Below are positions 53,849 through 64,000 of a stretch of DNA of 64,000 nucleotides, in pieces (within the stretch, counting starts at the first letter, position 1; each line of letters starts with the position of its first letter). This stretch comes from Macrostomum lignano (lineage: Eukaryota), in assembly GCA_002269645.1 (NCBI GenBank), contig NIVC01003852.1:9731-73730 (forward strand), written 5' to 3'. A program made the position numbers and the translations under genes. Below the pieces are notes generated by a model that was not told the DNA's origin, did no database searches, and worked only from the letters and a program-made list of their open reading frames with translations.

Positions 53849-54522
53849 CTAACTGGCAGCCACATAGAAGTAGTTGTAGTTCAGCCTGTAGATGAGGTTC
53901 ATCAGGTTGAGACGCTGATTCGAGCAGTGCTCAGCGATGGCCTCAATCAGCTGTTTGAGCAGGCCGCTGAAGTTAGCCGAGAAAGTCTCCACGGTGGCGG
54001 CGAGGTCGGCGGACTCAGCGGAGCCACCGTGCCTGGCGATGCAGTTGCAGAAGGTGACGCAGACGGCCAGCAGTTTGTACAGCAGCTTGAGCAGGTCCGG
54101 CTGCTGCAGCATGCAGTCCGACAGGCAGGAGGTCAGCATGTGCGAGTGCCGCTCGATCAGCTCGTCCAGGTTGCCCACCCTGCAAGCGTTGATAAATTTA
54201 AATGCTTCAATCAGAGCCTGACCGTCTGCTTTCCTAGAAATCTTGGCTGTTTGGGCACCAGTTTGAATTTCTGGGCACAGGACAAGACAAAGATGGGAAT
54301 GAAGGCCAATCCAAGCAAGACACATGAGCCAGGGGAAACTGAAAGCGCATGCCTAAGATGGATGCTCATCCGCTGAATAATCAATAATCAAGAGTCACGA
54401 GTCTGCTGGAACCTAAAGATCGCTAGCTGTGTAGGTCTGGCAATACAGGAAAAAACAGACAGACAGACAGACAGACATACAGACAGACATACAGACAGGC
54501 AGACAGACAGGCAGACATACAT

Positions 54523-54565
<43 letters not shown>

Positions 54566-54578
54566 GGCAGACAGACAT

Positions 54579-54613
<35 letters not shown>

Positions 54614-57600
54614 TACAGACAGACAGACAGACAGACAGGCAGACAGACAGGCAGGCAGACATACAGACAGACAGACAGGCAGACAGACAGACAGGCAGGC
54701 AGACATACAGACAGACAGACAGGCAGACATACAGACAGGCAGACAGACAGGCAGACAGACAGGCAGACAGACAGGCAGACAGACAGACAGACAGGCAGAC
54801 AGGCAGACAGGCAGACATACAGACAGGCAGACAGACAGGCAGACAGACAGATAGGCAGACAGGCAGACAGGCAGACAGACAGACAGACAGGCAGACAGAC
54901 AGGCAGACAGACATACAGACAGACAGACATCCAGACAGACAGACAGACAGACAGACAGACAGGCAGACAGACAGGCAGACAGACAGACAGACAGACAGAC
55001 AGGCAGACAGACAGGCAGACAGACATACAGACAGACATCCAGACAGACAGGCAGACAGACAGAAAGGCAGACAGAATAGGGAAATTGGCCTGGTAGGAAC
55101 TCATCGGACTGTGAAGGCCAACCCACTAAGCCCAGCCTGTACATGCCTAGCCAGGGCCTCTGCACACCCCGTATGCGGTATGCGTGTGCCTGCTGTGGCA
55201 GGGAAAATGGCCTAAACGCTAACGGCAGCCCCGCAAAGCAGAGAAGCAGACTCACTTATCCAGCTGCGTCCACAGCCGGTGCCAGGCGGGCTCAATGACC
55301 TCAAATGTCATGTAGTACTCCAGGTGCTGCACAAAGGTGAGCATCTGCTGGCGAAGCGCGTAGGCGGAGGTGACGCTGGCCCGGTTGCGGTGCTGCTGCA
55401 GCCACACGGAGCCCAGCAGGCGCTCCACGTGCCGGCAGTAGAAGAGGTGGCGGAACAGCATCTGGTAGCGCGTGATGGCCCGCCTGTTAATGAGGAGGCT
55501 GAGCGGGAAGTCGACCTCAATGTCCAAGCTGAAGGCTTCAAGGGCGGTGAGCCGAGCAGCGGCGGTGGCATCGGGGGCGGCCTCTCGCAGGCTGACCAGC
55601 GCCAGCATCTGGCCGATGAGGTCGTGGGGCAGCAGCGCCACCCGCAGGCGGTCCCGGTTGGGATCGGGACCGGCAGCGCTGGTCCGCACCGCTGTCTCCA
55701 GCAGCGACTCCAGCCGGTTGAGGGAGACCCGGCCGGCCTCGCGGCGCATCTCGGAGTCAGCGAGGTCCATGAAGTGCACAAGGAAGTCGCTCTGGTCCAG
55801 CAGGAAGAACCGCTTCAACGAGCACAGAAGGTCGCGCAGGCCCTTCTCACGCAGCAGCCGCATGAGCAGGGCGGCGGCCTTGGCGTGGGCGCTCTCCAGC
55901 TGCTCAACGTAGCGCCCGCCCTCGTAGGCGTAGACCAGCTCCTCGGCCGGATAGTCCAGCAGCGCCTCGCCGCACTGCGCCACCACGTTGAGGTATTTTC
56001 CCGTGCTCAGCACCTTCTCCGCCATCGGCCACAGGAAGCTGGGCACCCGCTGGCTGCACAGCTGGTAGCGATTCTCCCAGTAGTCGCTGTGGAATGTGTT
56101 CGGGGGGTGTCTGCTTGCCAGCCTGGGTTCAGGACGCGAACTACTGGTAGCGAAATACTACTCGGTTTTAGCGTAAATGATTGGCCCTCGCTACTTGTGT
56201 AGGCAGTATGTTATGCATTCTACTGTCATTTCTACTGCTTGGACGCTGTCTGTCTTAGTGCCTGGTCTGTCTAAGTGTCTGCCTTAGTGTCTGCCTTAGT
56301 GTCTGCCTGTCTGTCTTAGTGTCTGCGTGTTTCTGTCTTAGTGCTTGCAGGTCTGTCTGTCTGTCTGTCTGTCCGAGATGGACAGTCACAATAAGATAGA
56401 CAGTGCTTAGTCTGCATGCCTGCCTGTCTCAAGGCTCGTTCACACAGCCATAGAACAGCGCGATTCGCTTGATCACACAGGTTTCGTACTGTACAAATCT
56501 GTACATCAAATACTGGCTTCGTGCATAAGCTGTGTGATTCGATGACCGCGTGAGCGAGTCTTCAGCAGCCACCAGCTACCAGCAGCCCGGCTGAAGATGC
56601 TGACACATGATACCTAATGCTTCAGCAAGTCAAAACAATCCAGTCGAGCACGCACTTGATGTACTCTCTGGTGAGCACCTCCTTAGACGTGGCGGTGTTC
56701 TCGGTGACCATGAACTCGGAGTAGGGGTCGAGCACGCGGCCCCGGTAGACCCAGGTCTGCAGCATGTCGAAGAAGGGCCGACTGGCCGCCTTTGTCAGGT
56801 GCAGCAGCAGGCGGTGCCGCTTCGGGTCGCCGGCCGAGGCGCAGGCTTTGTCGTGCAGCAGCGAGAGCACGGAACCGCCCAGGCACTCTCCCTGGTTGAC
56901 GTCGTGTGCGATCTCGGCCAGGGTCTCCAGTACGCGGGCCGGCTCCTGCAGGCAGCAGTGCAGCCGGTGCAGCCGCAGCTGCCCGATCCGCTGCTGGTGC
57001 TCCAGCTGGCAGACAAGGACGCCGAGATCCCTGCAGGGAGGTGGCATGGACAGGTTAGTGGAGCCCTTTGTTTAGCAATCTGAGGCTGTGAATGCTCTCA
57101 AGATTAAAGCCCTAAGAATCTCCTCTTTTTACATTGCAATTCCCAAATCTCCCCTGAGATGGAGCCCCCAAATCTCCGCTGAGATAGAATCCCCAAATCT
57201 CCCCCGAGATAGAATCCCCAAATCTCCCCTGAGATAGAATCCCCAAATCTCCCCCGAGAGGCTGAGATAGAACCCCAAAATTTCCCCTGAGATAGAATTT
57301 CCAAATCTCCCCGAGATAGAATCCAAATCTCCCCAGAGATGAAATCCAAAATCTCCCCTCGTCCCCTGAGATAGAATCCCTAAATCTACCCTGAGAGGCT
57401 GAGATAGAACCCCAAAATTTCCCCTGAGATAGAATCCAAATCTCCCCAGAGATGAAATCCAAAATCTCCCCTCGTCCCCTGAGATAGAATCCCTAAATCT
57501 CACCAAAGATGGAATACCAAAATCTCCCATGAGATTGAATTCCCAAACCTGCCCTCTTCCCTTGAGATAGAATCTCCAAATCTCCCCGAAGATAGAATCC

Positions 57601-60600
57601 CAAAATCCTCCCTAAGAAAGAATCCCTAAATCTTCCATGAGATTTAATTCCCAAATCTCCTCTCGTCCCCTGAGATAGAATCCCTAAATCTCCCCGAAGA
57701 TAGAATCCCAAAATCCTCCCTAAGAAAGAATCCCTAAATCTTCCATGAGATTTAATTCCCAAATCTCCTCTCGTCCCCTGAGATAGAATCCCTAAATCTC
57801 CCAGGAGATGGAATCTCCAAATCTCCCCTGAGATAGAATCCCCAAATCTCCCCGAAATAGAATCCCCAAATCTCCCCTGAGATAGAATCCCCAAATCTCC
57901 CCCGAAATAGAATCCCCAAATCTCCCCTGAGATGGAATCCACAAATCTCCTATTAGATGGAAATCCCAAAATGTGCCACTCGATAGACATAAAAAATTTT
58001 CCATTTCCAGCCCAAATTGGCACACGGACCCGCACCAGCCTCACCTGAGCAGGGCAGTGATGGAGCCGCTGAGGGCCTGGTTCACCATGCCGTACTCATA
58101 GGCAGCTTTGTCCTCGGCGAAGCGGGTCACATCGGAGCGGTGGCTGCAGACGGGCAGCAGCTGGCCGAGCATCTCCAGCCGGGTGGCGTCCAGGCTGTTG
58201 TCGACATCGAAGCCGCGCCTGTCGGCCCGAGAGGCGAGCGGACGAGGCACAACGAAGGAGCCCTGGATGGGGAGGGGTGGCGGCGTTCAGCTTGCAGCTC
58301 GCGAAACACAGGACTTTCACGCCTTCGTTAATTGAACTCTGATTGCTTGGACAGCAGTTCTACTCCAGACCGGACAGACCCTAGGCCTAGAACTTCATGG
58401 CTGCTTGGACAGCAGTTCCCCTCCAGACCCTAGGCCTAGAACTTTATGGCTGCTTGGACAGCAGTCCCCCTCCAGACCCTAGGCCTAGAACTCCATGGCT
58501 GCTTGGACAGCAGTCCCCCTCCAGACCCTAGGCCTAGAACTCCATGGCTGCTTGGACAGCAGTTCCCCTCCAGACCCTAGGCTTGGAACTCCATGGCTGC
58601 TTGGACAGCAGTTCCCCTCCAGACCTTAGGCCTAGAACTCCATGGCTGCTTGGACAGCAGTCCCCCTCCAGACCCTAGGCTTGGAACTCCATGGCTCAGA
58701 CCAGCCCAGCTACCTCAACTCCGCTAAGCAGGGAGAGCACGTCCTGAATGATCAGCTGCTCCTGCGCCTCGACCGGGTAGACCCCGATGCTGGGAGTCAG
58801 GCGGCGCGGCGGATCGTCCAGGACAAAGTCGCTGGACAAGAACGGCCGCTCGTAGAGCCAGTCCGGCTGCCACGGCACTTCGGCGGGCTCCGAGGCCGGC
58901 GTCTTCTGGCGCAACGGGCCGGCCACTGACGAAGGCAGCGAAGAGTCCGTCGGCCGCTGACGCGCTTCGGCGTTCATGTGGGAGGACAGCGCCGCCACGT
59001 TCAGCCGGGATGTGGAGCCGGCTGGCGCGCCGACGGCTGTCTGGGGGCGCCTTGGCTGCGCGGCGGCGCTGCCAGCGGAAGTCGGCAGCTGAACGGGACC
59101 GGCGATGGCCTCCAAAGTGCGCTGAGTGGCCGGGTCGCGCTTGATGCGGGACAGCAAATCTACGAACGGGTCCAGCTCCTTCACGCTGGGGAGGCGGGGA
59201 GCGGGAGGCGCAGCTTGCAGAAACAAGAGAGTCGGCAAGGTGCAACTGACCGTACGGGCAATCGCGCTTCAACCCGACTCTTGGACTGCCGTGGCTAGTT
59301 TCACAATCTTGGGACTCTGATAGCAGGAGACCCCGACTGAGGGTCTGGGAGTAACTGGTATGGGGGAGGCTTTGGGCACTCGTAGAAGCAAGCAGTCCTT
59401 GCCCATTTCACTGATTCCTAAACACGCACAAGGATGCGTACGCACATATGCACTCGAACAGGGTGTACAGATTATCGTCAGCAACTGAGGATCTGGGACT
59501 CTGGGAGGGATGGCGGTGGCCCCAGCAACTGAGGATCTGGGACTCTGGGAGGGATGGCGGTGGCCCCAGCAACTGAGGATCTGGGACTCTGGTAGGGATG
59601 GCGGTGGCCCCAACAACTGAGAATCTGGGACTCTGGCAGGGATGGCGGTGGCCCCAACAACTGAGGATCTGGGACTCTGGCAGGAATGGCGGTGGCCCCA
59701 ACAACTGAGGATCTGGGACTCTGGCAGGGATGGCGGTGGCCCCAACAACTGAGGATCTGGGACTCTGGGAGGGATGGCGGTGGCCCCAACAACTGAGGAT
59801 CTGGGACTCTGGAGGGATGGCGGTGGCCCCAGCAACTGAGGATCTGGGACTCTGGGAGGGATGGCGGTGGCCCCAGCAACTGAGGATCTGGGACTCTGGG
59901 AGGGATGGCGGTGGCCCCAGCAACTGAGGATCTGGGACTCTGGGAGGGATGGCGGTGGCCCCAGCAACTGAGGATCTGGGACTCTGGGAGAGATGGCGGT
60001 GGCCCCAGCAGCTGAGGATCTGGGACTCTGGGAGGGATGGCGGTGGCCCCAGCAGCTGAGGATCTGGGACTCTGGGAGGGATGGCGGTGGCCCCAGCAGC
60101 TGAGGATCTGGGACTCTGGGAGGGATGGCGGTGGCCCCAGCAGCTGAGGATCTGGGACTCTGGGAGGGATGGCGGTGGCCCCAGCAGCTGAGGATCTGGG
60201 ACTCTGGGAGGGATGGCGGTGGCCCCAGCAGCTGAGGATCTGGGACTCTGGGAGGGATGGCGGTGGCCCCAGCAGCTGAGGATCTGGGAGGGTGGTGGTC
60301 CAGTCTAACGATCTGGGCGAGCAGGCACCAGCAGAGCAGCACCAGCTTACTTTTTAATCTTAAGCTCCTCATATTTGCGGTTGAACTCCTCGGCATGCGG
60401 GTTGTTGTCGCTGATGATCCGCTTGGCCCGGTGAGCGTCGGCCTGGAAGATTTCCTGGTTGTCAGGATTCGAACTCGAGACCTCATCAAATTCAGAACTC
60501 TCTAAGACTCACCAACAGCGATTGCGTGTTGGGGCGGACGGAGCGCTCCAGCAGGTCAATGTAGGTGTCCAGTTCCACGCTGGGCTTGTCCGCGCCCAGT

Positions 60601-60742
60601 CTGCAATGCAAGCACGGGGGTTGCATCAGGTACTACTTGATCTAAAATAGAGCAGCCAGCACTGATAGCGAACTTACATTTGTGAGAAGAGGCTGCTCAC
60701 GTGATGAGTTAGCTGCACTCTGGCATGGTTGATGTCCGCCAT
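53849..60742 (-). CDS. TUBGCP2: Gamma-tubulin complex component 2, about 827 aa
   Basis: Exons 60742-60678, 60600-60513, 60454-60351, 59185-58714, 58262-58045, 57030-56656, 56086-55256 and 54179-53849 sum to 2484 nt in frame. Motifs KYEELK, LDPFVDLLS, WLYERPFLSSDF, DPYSEFMV, KVLSTGKYLNVV, FFLLDQSDF, YQMLFRHLFYCRHVER and LIYRLNYNYFY. Confidence 0.94.
54455..55075. repeat. (CAGA)n microsatellite in TUBGCP2 intron
   Basis: CAGA/CAGG/CATA run of about 620 bp. Confidence 0.96.
57125..57965. repeat. Degenerate minisatellite in TUBGCP2 intron
   Basis: Recurrent GAGATAGAATCCCCAAATCTCCCCT-like units with higher-order duplications. Confidence 0.88.
58340..58697. repeat. 49-bp minisatellite in TUBGCP2 intron
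   Basis: Unit GGCTGCTTGGACAGCAGTCCCCCTCCAGACCCTAGGCCTAGAACTCCAT. Confidence 0.93.
59480..60290. repeat. 44-bp minisatellite in TUBGCP2 intron
   Basis: Unit GCAACTGAGGATCTGGGACTCTGGGAGGGATGGCGGTGGCCCCA. Confidence 0.95.
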
Positions 60743-61155
60743 TTGTTGGCTGAAATACAGACCAAAGTCCTTAGACTTGACCATTGTGAGCTCATTGCAA
60801 GCAAAAATTATATACTGGCTTTAACTTGTGATATGAAGTATGAAAATATGAAATATTTAACTTAGCTAGTCTGTTGTCATTTATTTGGAATTTTAAAGAG
60901 ACAGTGCATGCAAAAATCTGACTTGAGGCAATTCAATGGCTATACAGTTGATTTTACATATTCAATTACAGACTACATATTCAGAAATGTAACTTTGCTA
61001 AACTTTTTATATAATTTATTAATTATTATAATTTTCATTATAAATGGCCCTAAATATTGAAATTATAACAGCAATTGTCTGTACAGAATGTCATATTTCC
61101 AATGATTTATCCATGTTTACTAATTTTCTTCTTTCAGTTTCAGTTTTTTTGACAG

Positions 61156-61735
61156 CTTTGTGGTAAACAAGTACAAAAGTCCGTGTCCAACATTCTTTAT
61201 TGTCTTACGGACAATACTGTGGCACAAAAATTCAGTCTGCGTGGAGCTATCCAGAGTGGAGAATCAAAGCACAGCTTTGAGTCTACAGGACTGTTACCAT
61301 TCATCAAAAGTAAGCAATATTGGTTGTAGGCAACTTTTTGGCAATTGGTTGTAGGCTTGTCTTTTTCTATTGTTTTCATAGCCTTTCAAGATTAATCTAT
61401 TTTGCAGATTTTCTTTGAATTTTCACAGATGTTGGGTGGAGCTGCCACAAAGATGCTAAAAGTGACGCCATCAAGTTGGCCATTTCTGCTCACCTCCACC
61501 AGGTGGTGACTTGAGAATGCCGCCAGAAGAAAATGATCTTGGTGGCCCAGCATTGTGCCTTTTGTGGAGAAGTTGACAATGACAATGACAAAGAGATGGA
61601 CAAGGAAGATGAGCCTGACAAAGAAGAGATTGACAACAAGGAAAAAGAGGCCAATGATGAGGAAGATGGGGGCTGCTTTGCTTGACAGGAACAGTTCTTT
61701 CTAGATGATCTGGCAGCTGATGAAGATATAGCCAT
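61156..61735 (+). pseudogene. DUF4806-like gene fragment with acidic tail, probably a transposon-associated relic
   Basis: Exon 61156-61309 (LCGKQVQKSVSNILYCLTDNTVAQKFSLRG...KHSFESTGL) splices in phase 1 to 61429 (NVGWSCHKDAKSDAIKLAISAHLHQVVT*). An internal TGA precedes ECRQKK and a D/E-rich tail. AT-rich, unlike host genes. Confidence 0.5.
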
Positions 61736-62504
61736 CATTATTGATAGTACTATTTCTCTATATTCTCTTTGATTTAAAGTTTCTACAAGCCAATATTCTA
61801 AAACAGTAATGCTTTTATCAATAATGAACTTTTCTTTTACATTTAATCTGAATTAAAGTAGTTTACTTCACATTTAATTGAATAACATTAGGACATTTAT
61901 TTCACAAAAACATCTTTGCATTAAAGTATCCTATTTGTCATTTGTATATCTTCTATATGTCTTTTGCATAGTCAAATATAATTATTATTGGAATATATTC
62001 ACATTGATATGGTTTTTATAAAATTTTTACTTTTTTATTACCGGGTTGCACCAAATGGCTATAGCAATGAACATTACTAAATAAATAGAGTATATATACC
62101 CCATGCTACAAAGGTTGCACAAATGCTGCTATCTGGTTGATTTCGCAATGTTGCATGTCAACATTCCTGCAATATTCCTGAGCGCAACAAATGAAACATT
62201 TCATCAACATCTTCTAGTTGTTGTCATCAATGTTCCTACAACAGTGCTGCAACAAACTTGGCACTAGGGGATATAGGCCTACCTCATTATAATATTGATT
62301 AATATATAATCCCTTAATATATAATCCCTATTGATTAATATAAAATCCCAATTGCAATGTATAGGCATTTTGGCGAATAGTGTCTAGCACAAGGTGGCGA
62401 AGCAGCAAGAGATAGTAAAAGGTACAGTATGATATGGCAAAGTGGCAAGAGGTGCAATGTGGTAAGACAAAGTGGCGGGAGGTAGCAAGAGGTAGAACAT
62501 GGTA

Positions 62505-63225
62505 TGGTGGTAATAGTCTACTTTGGTAATAGCCATTTCATTAGTAGCCACTTTGATAACAAGTGAGAATAATATATAATATGTATTAATTGATATGCTC
62601 TGATAGAATGAAAGCAAACTTTAAAGAAAGAGTGACAAAACACATGCATACCTGCATGTGTTTAACTTGTTTAAAAGTGTTTTAACTGATGTATTTTAAT
62701 TTCTGGATGAGTCATATACCATGCGGCATGCACCCAAGACATCCTGTAATTGACCAAATATTGTATACCGTATATTTTAGAATCTCTGATCTAGCTAGCG
62801 AATAGTGACTTAGAATTATAGAATCTACTTTTTTCTTTATTAGTTATTTAAAATTTCAATTTCAATGTGTATAGGCCTATGCAAGCTCAATTCAATTTGT
62901 CAATTTTCTTTGCTTTCAAATTTTTCACAAAGTTATTGCACAAGTTTAAACAAATTATAATACAGTTCAACTAGAAAGTTTAACAGATAGATACTTGTTC
63001 AACTAGAAAGATATTTGAGATGTTAATTATTAAAGTAGTTATTGCTAAACTTAATTATCATAAAAATAATGTGTTGATAGTCATAAATCTGCTTTGTTAC
63101 CGAAGTGGCTGTTTATTGAAACGGCTGTTACCGAAGTGGCTGTTTATCGAAATGGCTGTTACCGAAGTGGTTATTTTTTGTTACTGAAGTGGCTGTTACC
63201 AAATGGCTGTTATCAAAGTAGATTG
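62505..63225. mobile_element. Dispersed inverted-repeat element, copy B (empty-site paralog of 26620-28115)
   Basis: Shares AAGTGAGAATAATATATAAT, CATGTGTTTAACTTGTTTAAAAGT and TAGAATCTCTGATCTAG blocks. Has terminal ACTTTGGTAA versus GTTACCGAAGTGGC repeats. Confidence 0.7.
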
Positions 63226-64000
63226 TATTCAGTGTGGCAAAGTGGCAGAAGCCAGAAGGAGTGGTATATTATGACAAAGATTCACAATATTTTATACTTT
63301 CTGCATTAAACTCAACCAAGAACTTGACTGTTCTTGAATTCCAAGCACATTTTTTTAAGTTTGAGAATTTCTCTAAATGACCTAAAAAAGGCCAAGTCTT
63401 CAAATTTTGAAATCAAGATCAAGATCTTAGATTTAGAACTTAGTTGGACTCTAAAATCAATTTATAAATATACAAAAAATGAACAATTTTTAACAATAAT
63501 TGCTCTTAATATATTTCATACCTTCATTTAGGAATTATTTTATTTTAAAGATATAATTTCCCATTTTTGCATATTTTAGGCCCCCTAGATTTTTATAAAA
63601 CAAATTCAATGTATAGCATTAGCAATACCAATCTAATTTAAAAACTATAAAATTTTCTATTTCTTCAACCTATCTATATAATTACTATCACTATCAGTTT
63701 ATTTATTCATCTTTTTACATACCATACGATATAGCGGAGCATACTACAATTAATTGGCTACAATACATTCTACATGCGCATAGTAGCATGTTTTAAAATT
63801 ACGGTAATACGACCATTTAAAACGGATACTAGCTTTCCTTGAAACTTTTTGCAATTAAAACAAACACTCCTTCAGGAGAAAACTCCACTGACAGATTTCC
63901 CATGCTAAGGAAGAAGCGTTAACTAAGTAGGCTAAATAGGTTTAAGATTAAAGTCGTTTTTATTTTGAAGAATCGTGGAATATTGAATAAGACAGCTCTG

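Noticed and set aside
62099-62270. Possible 170-bp MITE (CCCC...GGGG ends)
   Set aside because: Terminal repeats are too degenerate, flanks do not match (TA versus AT), and there is no second copy in the window.

Overview
Eukaryotic (metazoan) genomic DNA, not prokaryotic. It has GC-rich spliced genes with GT-AG introns, and almost every intron longer than about 200 nt carries its own tandem-repeat array. An AT-rich, transposon-derived block lies at about 22.0-29.1 kb and another at about 60.8-64 kb. This architecture suggests a free-living flatworm such as Macrostomum (inference only). Most long ORFs in the supplied track are artefacts of repeat arrays. I rebuilt the gene models by hand from splice sites and phase continuity. 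They are: a nicotinic acetylcholine receptor alpha-type subunit (+); a universal stress protein (-); SUFU (-); ILVBL/HACL2 (-); an intronless TMEM272-like gene with an in-frame TGA (+); an intronless vWA-domain gene with a basic repeat and a possible GIY-YIG-like tail (+); a claudin/PMP22-family gene with two alternative TM1+loop-1 modules (+); a 1199-aa protein fusing six matrin/JAZ-type zinc fingers to a RIG-I/Dicer-like helicase (-); TUBGCP2 (-); and a DUF4806-like pseudogene (+). The best candidates for novelty are the zinc-finger/helicase fusion, the dual-N-terminus claudin-like gene and the vWA fusion. Family calls come from motif recognition by eye; no database search was run. Repeat boundaries are approximate.
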